Positions 40,107 to 48,903 of a stretch of DNA of 64,000 bases are shown one piece after another. Source of the stretch: Escherichia phage adrianh. The notes beneath the pieces are model-generated. The model was given only the letters and a program-made list of their open reading frames with translations. It had not been told where the DNA came from and made no database searches. The DNA lies in the sequence record MN850614.1; one strand, 5' to 3'. The number at the start of each line of letters is the position of its first letter. Within the stretch, counting starts at the first letter, position 1. Position numbers and translations under genes: made by a program.

Positions 40107-40454
40107 ATGACATTTAAAGAGTTCTGTCAAGCTACTTTCATAATTGTTTTCTTAGTTGGGGCAGGTGTCTGGGGAGGATACTCTTACAGAGACTATCAAG
40201 TTGCTGAAGCTGAGCTAAATAATGAGAAACTAATAAGTGTTGCCAAAGATGCTTATCAGGAAGGTTTAGCCACACTGAGCACCAATTACAAAAATGATTT
40301 GAAAGATGTGCTTGCTAAGAATAAGCATACAAAAGAGGTACTAACGTATGAAAAGACTAAGCCAGAGTTTTATAATGTTTGTGTTACTGATAATTATGTC
40401 AGGGTGTTCAACGAACAAAGTGAGCAGTACATTCAAAAACTCCCAAGTAAGTGA
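40107..40454 (+). CDS. i-spanin-like protein (N-terminal TM, coiled coil)
   Basis: 115 aa; single N-terminal hydrophobic helix then charged helical region. Confidence 0.4.
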   Translation: MTFKEFCQATFIIVFLVGAGVWGGYSYRDYQVAEAELNNEKLISVAKDAYQEGLATLSTNYKNDLKDVLAKNKHTKEVLTYEKTKPEFYNVCVTDNYVRVFNEQSEQYIQKLPSK

Positions 40455-40617
40455 GAGTGATAAGTACACTCAAGAAGAATCACGGTATATCATCAAAGGC
40501 AACACAGGTAGTGATGTAGCAGCAGCACTTGAGTTCTACCGTGACGGATTTTACCAGTGTACAATCAAAGCTAATAACCTTATTGACATGATTTTATTAG
40601 GGAATAAGCAGCAATGA
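40348..40617 (+). CDS. o-spanin-like lipoprotein overlapping the upstream gene in another frame
   Basis: 89 aa; signal peptide with lipobox-like IMSGC; starts inside the 3' part of the previous ORF, as in Rz/Rz1 pairs. Confidence 0.4.
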   Translation: MKRLSQSFIMFVLLIIMSGCSTNKVSSTFKNSQVSESDKYTQEESRYIIKGNTGSDVAAALEFYRDGFYQCTIKANNLIDMILLGNKQQ

Positions 40618-40883
40618 CAGAGAACGAAGATACTTTCTATGTAGAAGGGTACTTACTGCTACCACGACCAAAAGAAACTTATATGCGGGTTGATTTCTCA
40701 CCAACCATTATGGATAACGTGATGTGTCATATCTTTATGCAAGGTGTCACAGCACAACTTAAGCATGTTGGTAAAGAGTGCAAAATAAAGGTTGACACTC
40801 ATCCAGAAATCAAAGAGAATCACTACACATGGTTCTTACCAGACTCTAAAGAAATCTTAGCAGTTCTTAAAACGAGGAAGTAG
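40614..40883 (+). CDS. Hypothetical protein
   Basis: 89 aa. Confidence 0.4.
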   Translation: MTENEDTFYVEGYLLLPRPKETYMRVDFSPTIMDNVMCHIFMQGVTAQLKHVGKECKIKVDTHPEIKENHYTWFLPDSKEILAVLKTRK

Positions 40884-40885
40884 CT

Positions 40886-41212
40886 ATGCAGATTAATGGA
40901 AGAGACTTTGTAGCCGTTTACTATGATAACGATAAAGAAGTTGGTGTAGCACAGGTAACCTATGGCAATGGTAAGTGGCTATATGGAACAATCGCAGTAG
41001 TAGGAACAAGAAGTGATACAAAAACTTTTAAAGATTGTGTTGACCTTCTTGAAGAATCCATCCACAATCATTGGTGTCTGATATGGATGACTGACAATGA
41101 AGTGATGGAACGTTTCAAAAAGATTGATATCAACATAGACAGCATTGAGCATGTTGACTTGTATGAACTGACTGAGAAGGTAAATTATGAAAGTAATTCT
41201 AGCCAGAGATAA
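40886..41212 (+). CDS. Hypothetical protein
   Basis: 108 aa. Confidence 0.4.
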   Translation: MQINGRDFVAVYYDNDKEVGVAQVTYGNGKWLYGTIAVVGTRSDTKTFKDCVDLLEESIHNHWCLIWMTDNEVMERFKKIDINIDSIEHVDLYELTEKVNYESNSSQR

Positions 41213-41414
41213 AAAGACACGGAAAATTATCCGGTCAGCAGTATTTATTGGAAGAAATGAAGTGATTCCTTTTACAGCAAATGATGTGATAGTCTACAGG
41301 AAAAAATTAGCATTCAGTTATTGCTTACGTGGCTTTATCTCCCAGCCATTAGAAGATTTTAAAAATCGTTGTGGTAAAGGCATCATCATTCAAGAGGCAA
41401 TTATTCATGGCTGA
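41187..41414 (+). CDS. Hypothetical protein
   Basis: 75 aa. Confidence 0.35.
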   Translation: MKVILARDKKTRKIIRSAVFIGRNEVIPFTANDVIVYRKKLAFSYCLRGFISQPLEDFKNRCGKGIIIQEAIIHG

Positions 41415-41607
41415 CTTCTGCAAAGACTGTGCTATCGAGATGTTTGGACGTGATACAGGTGATTTAAAAGGTCTTATCACTGAAGATGACTTTAAAGCTG
41501 GCTATGCAATGCCAGTAATCTGTGAAGGTTGTGGATGTATCTGGGTAGACCACGAAGGACAGCGTGTAAAACCTTCAGAAGATAAAGAATCTTGGGAGAG
41601 ATGCTAA
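41371..41607 (+). CDS. Hypothetical small cysteine-rich protein
   Basis: 78 aa; CKDC ... CEGCGC. Confidence 0.35.
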   Translation: MVKASSFKRQLFMADFCKDCAIEMFGRDTGDLKGLITEDDFKAGYAMPVICEGCGCIWVDHEGQRVKPSEDKESWERC

Positions 41608-42393
41608 ATGGGTATTGTAAAAATCATCAATGGTGATATCTTTGCAGCATTTGATAAAGGTAAGTTTGATGTCATCGGTCACGGTTGCAACTGTATGAAC
41701 TTAATGGGCGCAGGTATCGCTGACAAGATTTCCAAACTTTACCCAAAAGCATATGAGACCGACACAGAAGTTTATATGTATGCAGGTGGTATAGGACACA
41801 AACCCTGTGAAAATTTACTGGGTAATTTCTCTGTAGCACGTTTAAAACAAGGTCGTATAGCTAACCTTTACACTCAGCTTAAGACTGGTAAAGATGCCCG
41901 ATACAGTGCTTTAGAGTCATCTTTGAAGCAGCTTAACAGATACTGTGAAGTCAATCAGTTGAAGAAAGTAGGGTTACCTATGATTGGTGCAGGTATCGGT
42001 GGGCTAGACCCTCAAGCCGTCACAGTTATCATTAATCAGGTGATGAAGAGTGTAGATGTGTATCTATATGTCTATGAAGGAGAGATGTACCACAAGTTAT
42101 GCTCAGGTTGGAAGAACTACTGTGAACCAGAATACTTTGCAGGTGTAGCAGTGTTCACGGATAATGCAGTTACCCTCTTCAGACGAAGAAAGGGTAAGAT
42201 ACATCAAAGTAACCCTCCGGTTGAAAAGATGTCTCTAAGTAACGCTCTAGTTACCCACCTGTCGAAGAGCAATCACAGAATTGCAGTAACATTTGGCAGT
42301 GATGCAGATGCTTATATCTATGCAAGAACTGATGAGGATATCGAGTTAATCTTCTCTTCACCAGAGCTTACCTTCTTAGACGCAAAGAACTAA
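41608..42393 (+). CDS. Macro-domain protein (ADP-ribose binding/processing)
   Basis: 261 aa; N-terminal macro-domain-like segment INGDIF ... GHGCNCMNLMGAGIA. Confidence 0.55.
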   Translation: MGIVKIINGDIFAAFDKGKFDVIGHGCNCMNLMGAGIADKISKLYPKAYETDTEVYMYAGGIGHKPCENLLGNFSVARLKQGRIANLYTQLKTGKDARYSALESSLKQLNRYCEVNQLKKVGLPMIGAGIGGLDPQAVTVIINQVMKSVDVYLYVYEGEMYHKLCSGWKNYCEPEYFAGVAVFTDNAVTLFRRRKGKIHQSNPPVEKMSLSNALVTHLSKSNHRIAVTFGSDADAYIYARTDEDIELIFSSPELTFLDAKN

Positions 42394-42461
42394 GAAACTT
42401 CGTAGTATATTCACAATAGACTAAGCCTTTCTTATCTGGTAAATTTTTCAGGTAAGGAGGG

Positions 42462-42650
42462 TTTTTTCATTTCAGATTTGTGCAGGTAGAGTTCTGTAGA
42501 GAAATCTATAGAGAAAATTTTGAACTCCAAAGAGAAAATTCATTTTCAAACTGTGCAGGTAATCTCCAAAGGGTTTTTTTCATTTTCAAAACGTGCAGAG
42601 AAAAATCAGGTCGGGCAAGAAAAATCATTTTAGAATTGTGCAGGTAGGTG
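42462..42650 (+). repeat. Four direct repeats, consensus TCATTTYMRA-N-TGTGCAGGTA
   Basis: Copies at about 42462, 42536, 42574 and 42620 in an ORF-free stretch after the macro-domain gene. Confidence 0.6.
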
Positions 42651-42902
42651 GGTACATGTGGGGATGTCGCCATTTCTCACAAGGCTACCACATCTAAAAA
42701 TAAAAGTCAACAGAAAAATTTGTAGCGGATTGAAAAATAATTCTTGATTGTAGTTCTGTTTTGTGGTAGTCGCGCGCACCCGTTTCATTACAATCTTTGC
42801 AAAAAATATTTTTAAAATTCCTATTGACTCTTTGAGTATGGTTATCTAATATTTGCATCAGACGGGCAATCAAGCCCACTTCCTAAACTGGAGAATCTAA
42901 AA

Positions 42903-43109
42903 ATGCTTTACAGTCGCGAATTGATGGTTACAACTAACATTAACACAAAGGCAAAACGTTTTTACATGCAAATCTGTGGCGTATGGTCTAGAATATCAGA
43001 GACTGACTATTGCAACTATGTAGAAACGGCTATAAACTCTAATTGCTACCTTACAAGAAATACAAGAAAGTACATAAGACAGACAGCAATTTATTACTAC
43101 GATAAATAA
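42903..43109 (+). CDS. Hypothetical small protein
   Basis: 68 aa ORF with AGGAGAATC... GGAGAA-like RBS upstream; low support. Confidence 0.3.
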   Translation: MLYSRELMVTTNINTKAKRFYMQICGVWSRISETDYCNYVETAINSNCYLTRNTRKYIRQTAIYYYDK

Positions 43110-43197
43110 AGTACTTTACAAGGGGCTTATAGTTCGATAAAGTAAGCCCCAGATAAAGAGCTTTACCAAATTAACCCTTAAACTAGGAGATTCAAAA
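43109..43197 (+). promoter_or_regulatory. Type A cassette, copy 1 (promoter-like, stem-loop, RBS)
   Basis: AAGTACTTTACAAGGGGCTTATAGTTCGATAAAGTAAGCCCCAGATAAAGAGCTTTACC ... GGAGA ... ATG; TTTACA-N17-TAAAGT with GGGGCTTA/TAAGCCCC stem. Confidence 0.55.
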
Positions 43198-43581
43198 ATG
43201 GCATATCGTGCACCGAAATTCATCAACAAAGACAACTTTCGCAAAGTACTGGAGAAGTCACTTGATGAGAATTTTAAAGGCAACATTATTGTTGTTCACG
43301 CATTCAATTTTAAGTATGATGTAAACGGGAATAGAATCAACCATTACACGGCAACCATGTTAGACGGTACACTATCAAGTGAAAAAGCCGTACTGAATGC
43401 ACTAGCAGGACGCGGAAAAGTATTAGTAAGATGTGATAAGCGACGTTATCAGGGTGGCGCATATGGTTATGATGATGCTGTTTATCATCTTGAAAATATG
43501 GGCTATAAAGTAGAAAAAGCTGGAGTATCGCAAATCATCGGGAGCGATGGTTATGTAACAATCTTCAAAATTAACGAATAA
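43198..43581 (+). CDS. Hypothetical protein (small-gene array 1)
   Basis: 127 aa; starts Met-Ala directly after cassette A. Confidence 0.55.
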   Translation: MAYRAPKFINKDNFRKVLEKSLDENFKGNIIVVHAFNFKYDVNGNRINHYTATMLDGTLSSEKAVLNALAGRGKVLVRCDKRRYQGGAYGYDDAVYHLENMGYKVEKAGVSQIIGSDGYVTIFKINE

Positions 43582-43667
43582 AGTACTTTACAAGGGGCTT
43601 ATAGTTCGATAAAGTAAGCCCCAGATAAAGAGCTTTACCACTAAATCCTAAATTGGAGAACTTAAAA
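43581..43667 (+). promoter_or_regulatory. Type A cassette, copy 2
   Basis: Near-identical to copy 1. Confidence 0.55.
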
Positions 43668-43901
43668 ATGGCTATTATCAAAAACGTTGTAATTGCTGCA
43701 AAAACTCGTGATGACGCTCGCGTTATGGCTAAAAAGTTATGCGGGAAAGTGGTTGACAATGGGAAAAAATCTGCTGTAAGATGGGGCGTAAAGGTTGATA
43801 AACATTTAACCTTAAAACGTAGTTCAAACAACCTTTTTAAAGGTGTAAAATCACTCGGTAAAGTGAATGTTTTCACTAAAAAGGTTATAAAATGCACTTA
43901 G
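43668..43901 (+). CDS. Hypothetical protein (small-gene array 2)
   Basis: Start set to the ATG at 43668 (the ORF track begins at a TTG inside the cassette). Confidence 0.5.
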   Translation: MAIIKNVVIAAKTRDDARVMAKKLCGKVVDNGKKSAVRWGVKVDKHLTLKRSSNNLFKGVKSLGKVNVFTKKVIKCT

Positions 43902-43925
43902 CATTAACTGGAAATTTAATCTGAT

Positions 43926-44012
43926 AAAGTACTTTACATGGGGTTTAAAAGTTGATATCTTAAGCCCCAGATAAAGAGCTTTACCACTCAATCCTAAACT
44001 GGAGATTCAAAA
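43926..44012 (+). promoter_or_regulatory. Type A cassette, copy 3 (variant)
   Basis: Variant stem GGGGTTTA/TAAGCCCC (a C-to-T change that still pairs as G-U). Confidence 0.5.
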
Positions 44013-44525
44013 ATGAAAACTGTAGACGCTACTTTTGAAGTTGTAAAAGAAAAATTCACCATTATCTATGAAGCGGTAAATTGCTTTGAAGCAAGCCATA
44101 ATCTTGATAATTGGAAGTTTACAGATGACCATCAAGGCGGTGTGACTATTAAAAATCCTAACTGTCAGCGTAACGATTTTAAATATGCAATTCCTTTAAA
44201 TTATAGCCTTAAGCAGCTTTCTAGTGACTATGCAAAACAAGGCCGGGAAAACCCATCAAAAGAGGCTTATATCAGCTTACAGGAAGAACTAGAAAGAGAT
44301 TTAGAGGCTTCAGAGTACAACCTTGCCGCGAAAGTTGTGGATGCAAACGGTAACACGGTTTTAGAAAGTTTTTATCTTGGTTATGCTTTCGATTGGTGCT
44401 ATCGTGACGGCGATGATTTAGAGGATAGACTAAAAGAAGAGGTGAGCAATTCAGACGCAGAAACTGAAGTATTAGAACGTTTGGAATCGTTGAAAGACTC
44501 AGTGATGAATATCTTTAAGAACTAA
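44013..44525 (+). CDS. Hypothetical acidic protein (small-gene array 3)
   Basis: 170 aa. Confidence 0.55.
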   Translation: MKTVDATFEVVKEKFTIIYEAVNCFEASHNLDNWKFTDDHQGGVTIKNPNCQRNDFKYAIPLNYSLKQLSSDYAKQGRENPSKEAYISLQEELERDLEASEYNLAAKVVDANGNTVLESFYLGYAFDWCYRDGDDLEDRLKEEVSNSDAETEVLERLESLKDSVMNIFKN

Positions 44526-44529
44526 ATAG

Positions 44530-44617
44530 ATTTCTTTACACGGGGCTAACAAGCTGATATGATAGCCCCAGATAAAGAGATTTATCAAATAAAGCCCTTA
44601 AACTAGGAGATTCTAAA
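44530..44617 (+). promoter_or_regulatory. Type A cassette, copy 4 (variant)
   Basis: Stem GGGGCTA/TAGCCCC with a different loop sequence; flanks conserved. Confidence 0.5.
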
Positions 44618-44914
44618 ATGAAATTATCGAATAAAGTTCGTGAAAATCTGAGCAAATTACTCAACAAAATTGATTTCATTGAAACATCAAGAAATAGTCA
44701 TGATGTTATGGAATGGTTACACGGCAAAATAAAAGGCCGTCGTGTAGTGATTTGTTTATGGAATAGTTGCAGGGAGTATAAAAAACCTGTATTGCAAGTA
44801 AATATTTATGATGATACTTTTAAAAGTCCTGTAAAGTCTAAAAGTGATTTATTAGAATCCTATGAGATAACTTTAAATGGCAAAGTATCACGTAAAGAGG
44901 AAACACCATGTTAA
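44618..44914 (+). CDS. Hypothetical protein (small-gene array 4)
   Basis: 98 aa. Confidence 0.5.
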   Translation: MKLSNKVRENLSKLLNKIDFIETSRNSHDVMEWLHGKIKGRRVVICLWNSCREYKKPVLQVNIYDDTFKSPVKSKSDLLESYEITLNGKVSRKEETPC

Positions 44915-45240
44915 TGACTGGTATCACTGCAATCATTGCCATTTTCGCGCTATATAAGGCATATAAAGCCTATAATCTAGCAAATAAGGCAATCACACAG
45001 CAGGTTAGCAATAACCTTGTAGAAAGCTTTCTAGGGCGCCTCAGTGATGAGCAAATAAAGCGGCTAGAGATGAGCTTCAGATATAAAGCGAAAACCTATC
45101 AGATAAGTGACATCTTCAAAGATGATTTTCAGTTAGTGGATGATTATAACTCTCTGATAAATGCTTTAAATATTAGTGACTTAAAAGACTATTACGCTGT
45201 AATTGTCCAAGAATTGAACAAACGAAAAAATTCCTCTTGA
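44908..45240 (+). CDS. Hypothetical membrane protein (small-gene array 5)
   Basis: 110 aa; N-terminal hydrophobic helix; start overlaps upstream stop. Confidence 0.5.
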   Translation: MLMTGITAIIAIFALYKAYKAYNLANKAITQQVSNNLVESFLGRLSDEQIKRLEMSFRYKAKTYQISDIFKDDFQLVDDYNSLINALNISDLKDYYAVIVQELNKRKNSS

Positions 45241-45328
45241 TTTTGGTTTTTAAAACAAGTAAATTACTAATCAACGGGAGGTAATAACCTCCCCACTAAG
45301 TAAAATCCTTAAACTAGGAGCTTTTAAA
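45236..45328 (+). promoter_or_regulatory. Type B cassette, copy 1
   Basis: CTTGATTTTGGTTTTTAAAACAAGTAAATTACTAATCAACGGGAGG-loop-CCTCCCC ACTAA ... AGGAG ... ATG. Confidence 0.55.
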
Positions 45329-45601
45329 ATGTACACTACTAACAACGGTCGCACCTTAAACGTAACCCTACGCCACTACATGAACGGCGTAATGCACTTC
45401 GAGGATTTACAAGCCGAACAACATATCTTAGATTGGCAACTTGCAGGACTACAAAAAACTGCTACAGGATACGGGAAAAAGATTCCAACCAGTTGGAAAG
45501 TATACTACGAAGGCCGTTTGCGCAGAATTTATCAGGATGTGCAAAGCAATAGCGCATTGAGTTACATCATAGTAAAAGGTAAAAAGCTGCATTTAGTATA
45601 A
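45329..45601 (+). CDS. Hypothetical protein (small-gene array 6)
   Basis: 90 aa. Confidence 0.5.
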   Translation: MYTTNNGRTLNVTLRHYMNGVMHFEDLQAEQHILDWQLAGLQKTATGYGKKIPTSWKVYYEGRLRRIYQDVQSNSALSYIIVKGKKLHLV

Positions 45602-45687
45602 AGTACTTTACAAGGGGCTTATAGTTCGATAAAGTAAGCCCCAGATAAAGAGCTTTACCACTAAATCCTAAATTGGAGAACTTAAAA
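45601..45687 (+). promoter_or_regulatory. Type A cassette, copy 5
   Basis: Near-identical to copy 1. Confidence 0.55.
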
Positions 45688-46092
45688 ATGGCTATTAATA
45701 ATCGCGAGTTATCAATCTTAAAAGCACGTTTGACCGTTAACCGGATTAATGTTATTACGTCATCAGCACCGGACGAAACATTGCACAACATTATTGGGAA
45801 GATTCAAAGCGTTATCTTAGACGTTGAAAACGTAAAAAACTCATTGGCTGACGTTGCAGCAGGTATCACGCTAGACGGTGCACAATATGAAATGACCGAC
45901 ATGTTAGGCAAATCTAAGGTAATGAATAAAGAGCTTGATTTGAAAATGTTTCGGTTTGCTGTTAAAGTGTGGCTATCTGTCGAGTATGACGCTAACTTTG
46001 CAATCGCTGACTTTTTCGCCACTTGGTTACAACGTAATTTGACAAATCATGATTTTCGTGGTATCTGTGATGCAATTTATGCAGAACTCTAA
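45688..46092 (+). CDS. Hypothetical protein (small-gene array 7)
   Basis: Start set to ATG 45688 (the ORF track begins at a TTG inside the cassette). Confidence 0.5.
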   Translation: MAINNRELSILKARLTVNRINVITSSAPDETLHNIIGKIQSVILDVENVKNSLADVAAGITLDGAQYEMTDMLGKSKVMNKELDLKMFRFAVKVWLSVEYDANFAIADFFATWLQRNLTNHDFRGICDAIYAEL

Positions 46093-46098
46093 AAATTT

Positions 46099-46193
46099 AT
46101 CTTGATTTTGGTTTTTAAAACAAGTAAATTACTAATCAACGGGAGGTAATAGCCTCCCCACTAAACAAAGTCCTTAAACTAGGAGATTCAAAA
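46099..46193 (+). promoter_or_regulatory. Type B cassette, copy 2
   Basis: Same sequence as type B copy 1, including the upstream CTTGATTTTGGTTTTTAAAA. Confidence 0.55.
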
Positions 46194-46397
46194 ATGGCTA
46201 TTATTAACGGTTTAACCATTGAAACTACACACATCAAAGATATTAAAGTCGGTGATGTAGTTCTCTTTCACGGCGTAGAAAAAACCGTCACGGCGAAAGA
46301 TATTACAGAGGACTCCTTCATGGGTAGGTCACTCTTCGGTGATTCTTATTGCTTAGGTTACCGTGCAGTTTTAAAAGTTGTAAAAAATAACCGATAA
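46194..46397 (+). CDS. Hypothetical protein (small-gene array 8)
   Basis: 67 aa. Confidence 0.45.
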   Translation: MAIINGLTIETTHIKDIKVGDVVLFHGVEKTVTAKDITEDSFMGRSLFGDSYCLGYRAVLKVVKNNR

Positions 46398-46482
46398 AGT
46401 ACTTTACAAGGGGCTTATAGTTCGATAAAGTAAGCCCCAGATAAAGAGCTTTACCACTAAATCCTAAATTGGAGATTCTAAA
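46397..46482 (+). promoter_or_regulatory. Type A cassette, copy 6
   Basis: Near-identical to copy 1. Confidence 0.55.
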
Positions 46483-47025
46483 ATGAAATGCTTTCACGGT
46501 ACTACCCAAGAAAATTTCCTCAACCTGATTAATAACGGTGACAAGCCATCAGGTGCATGGAATTGTTCGGATATGGACGGCAATTTTTACGTGTACCCAG
46601 AAAATAAAATCTATGGCGACGATGAGGAAGAGATAATCTCTGAAGGTATCCAGCAAGCGTTAGGTAATGCCACTATTACGGCCGCTTTCCAGATGAAAAC
46701 CCAAAATATTGTTATCTTAGAACTTGATATCCCAGAGGATGACCTAAATGACGATTATTCTTGTGATAATATGTCTGGCGTAGCAAGTTTTACAGAATAC
46801 TTCGATTTAAATTGGATTAAAAAGGTTTACGTAACAGAGTTTAACGCTATGTATTCGCCTTTTTGTCTTCCTTCATTGGATAACCCAAATTTAAATTATC
46901 TTGATGAGTCTCTGGAGCTTCTTGCTAAAAGTGTCCAACAGTCGGACAGTATTCAGGTTTTTTGTGACATCATGGACACACTAACGGGAAACATCGCAGA
47001 AGAGGATTTAAAGAGCTTTTTCTAA
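46483..47025 (+). CDS. Hypothetical acidic protein (small-gene array 9)
   Basis: 180 aa. Confidence 0.55.
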   Translation: MKCFHGTTQENFLNLINNGDKPSGAWNCSDMDGNFYVYPENKIYGDDEEEIISEGIQQALGNATITAAFQMKTQNIVILELDIPEDDLNDDYSCDNMSGVASFTEYFDLNWIKKVYVTEFNAMYSPFCLPSLDNPNLNYLDESLELLAKSVQQSDSIQVFCDIMDTLTGNIAEEDLKSFF

Positions 47026-47057
47026 AAACCTATGCAATCACCTTATAAACACTGATT

Positions 47058-47078
47058 AGCCCCTCACAGGGGCTTTTA
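47058..47078 (+). terminator. Rho-independent terminator
   Basis: AGCCCCT-CACA-GGGGCT hairpin followed by TTTT. Confidence 0.55.
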
Positions 47079-47091
47079 AGAGGCTTAAATC

Positions 47092-47325
47092 ATGCTTACA
47101 ACCGTTTATCTTATCCTTTCTATTTGTAATGGTCATTCATGTGATTTTAAAGGGCTTGAGGAGTTTACAGGAAGTAAAGAAAATGCTGTTCAGGTCTGTC
47201 AGATAGCAAGGCAAGACTACCCCGCCAGTGATGACATACAATGTTACTTTAAGACAGAAGATGAAGATGGTATCTATTTCGATAGTGTAGACGGTCAATA
47301 TGAAATAATTATAGAAAAAGACTAG
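47092..47325 (+). CDS. Hypothetical protein (small-gene array 10)
   Basis: 77 aa; the one array gene without a cassette. Confidence 0.4.
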   Translation: MLTTVYLILSICNGHSCDFKGLEEFTGSKENAVQVCQIARQDYPASDDIQCYFKTEDEDGIYFDSVDGQYEIIIEKD

Positions 47326-47339
47326 ACAAGCCTGATAAA

Positions 47340-47415
47340 AATCTGTAAATTACTAATCAACGGGGAGGGAATGACCTTCCCCACTAAACAAAATCCTAAA
47401 CTGGAGATTCAAAAA
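47340..47415 (+). promoter_or_regulatory. Type B cassette, copy 3 (variant stem)
   Basis: GGGGAGGGAATGACCTTCCCC stem-loop variant; flanks conserved. Confidence 0.5.
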
Positions 47416-47757
47416 ATGGCTTATGTAACCGTAATTACTGATAAAGAGGGTTCATCTTGGTCAACTCAGGTTAGTGATAAGATGTCGCCTATGCAGTGCC
47501 TAAAATACTTTGAACAGTGGAACAAAGGCGAGGACACAAGCCCCTTTCAAGTGATGCAGATTATCCATGTAGACAATGAAGGGAAGAAAACGACTTTAAA
47601 CAGCGAGTTCTATGCAACCCGATTTGAAACGAGATGTAAAACGATGAAGTTATTACGTGAATCCGGTTATGCCCATATCGCCGCGTTAATCTGGGATGAC
47701 CTGCTAAAAAGTCAGCGTATCAGCTATGTAAAACCTGAAAAAATATTCATCAGTTAA
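47416..47757 (+). CDS. Hypothetical protein (small-gene array 11)
   Basis: Start set to ATG 47416 (MAYVTV) directly after the cassette. Confidence 0.5.
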   Translation: MAYVTVITDKEGSSWSTQVSDKMSPMQCLKYFEQWNKGEDTSPFQVMQIIHVDNEGKKTTLNSEFYATRFETRCKTMKLLRESGYAHIAALIWDDLLKSQRISYVKPEKIFIS

Positions 47758-47789
47758 TCAATAACTTACAAAAAACTTTCAAAAAAGTA

Positions 47790-47818
47790 TTGACAACGCC
47801 CCTTGACATTGGTAGATT
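47790..47818 (+). promoter_or_regulatory. Sigma70-like promoter
   Basis: TTGACA, 17-nt spacer, TAGATT. Confidence 0.45.
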
Positions 47819-47902
47819 TGTTCGAGGGGGTTTATCTAAAAGGGATTAACTTAAAAGATTCTTTATAGATAAACTTAAAAAATTGCTTGCAATCAGATAT
47901 CA

Positions 47903-47978
47903 AAACAAGTAAATTACTAATCAACGGGAGGTAATAGCCTCCCCACTAAACAAAGTCCTTAAACTAGGAGATTCAAAA
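47903..47978 (+). promoter_or_regulatory. Type B cassette, copy 4
   Basis: GGGAGGTAATAGCCTCCCC hairpin with conserved flanks. Confidence 0.55.
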
Positions 47979-48509
47979 ATGAACAAATTTCAAGCTATCA
48001 ACTACATTCGCTCAAATGCTGTAATGTCTAAGCCTGTTAAAGATACCTATGAATTTCGCTGCAATGGGGTACACTTTGCAACCATCACTAAATCAGAAAA
48101 CGGGGCTTATTACGTTCATCGTCGTAATGTTGCAACCGTTGTAGTCTCTCACTTTATGCAAGCTGTAGCAGAGTTATTACCGCTATTCTTAGGGATTTAC
48201 TTGGATGAGTGTAAAAACGTTCACAACCACGTTAAAAACCTTTTAAACGGTTATAAAATGGCTTATGAACGTTCTATCAAGTCCTTAAACAAGTTCTATA
48301 AAGCCCCTGTAAATACTGTTTCAATGGCCTACGCTGCAAATGGTGAAAGAGTAAACCTATCCGATGTGGAAGATATCGAGCTTTACGACCATCGGCCTAA
48401 CGGTTACTCTCAGACACTCGGTGAAGGTTTAACGTTCAATATCAAGAACTTAGAAAAAACTTTAAAAGATATTGAAAAAGATATTGACGAGACAATCAAA
48501 AATCTGTAA
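47979..48509 (+). CDS. Hypothetical protein (small-gene array 12)
   Basis: 176 aa. Confidence 0.55.
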   Translation: MNKFQAINYIRSNAVMSKPVKDTYEFRCNGVHFATITKSENGAYYVHRRNVATVVVSHFMQAVAELLPLFLGIYLDECKNVHNHVKNLLNGYKMAYERSIKSLNKFYKAPVNTVSMAYAANGERVNLSDVEDIELYDHRPNGYSQTLGEGLTFNIKNLEKTLKDIEKDIDETIKNL

Positions 48510-48573
48510 ATTACTAATCAACGGGAGGTAATAGCCTCCCCACTAAACAAAGTCCTAAACTGGAGTTATCAAG
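48500..48573 (+). promoter_or_regulatory. Type B cassette, copy 5
   Basis: Overlaps the stop of the upstream gene; hairpin conserved. Confidence 0.5.
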
Positions 48574-48837
48574 ATGGAAAACGTAGAATTAACCACACTT
48601 TTACAAATTGCAACCGACAAAGAAGATGTAGCATTATTCCACCGTATCGAAAGTGATTTGTTCAATGGTGAAATCATCAAAGAATCTTATGAAGTTGTCG
48701 GATTCAAAGATGGTAAAGCGTTTGGCTTTTTTGACCTCGACAAAGGCAACGCGGTTGCAAAATATGATGTTTTATCTTGTGAGATTCTTACAAAATACAA
48801 CGAAAAAAGGCTTGCAACATACGCCAACATGCAGTAA
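48574..48837 (+). CDS. Hypothetical protein (small-gene array 13)
   Basis: 87 aa. Confidence 0.5.
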   Translation: MENVELTTLLQIATDKEDVALFHRIESDLFNGEIIKESYEVVGFKDGKAFGFFDLDKGNAVAKYDVLSCEILTKYNEKRLATYANMQ

Positions 48838-48903
48838 ATTACTAATCAACGGGAGGCGACAACCTCCCCACTAAATAAAACCCTTAAACTAGGAGATTCA
48901 AAA
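48832..48903 (+). promoter_or_regulatory. Type B cassette, copy 6 (loop variant)
   Basis: Stem GGGAGG/CCTCCC kept while the loop changes to CGACAA. Confidence 0.5.

Noticed and set aside
43109-48903. Possible CRISPR array because of regularly recurring repeats with hairpins
   Set aside because: Two repeat types of about 80-90 nt, not one short repeat; the intervening segments are 200-540 bp ORFs with RBS and start codons; no cas genes.
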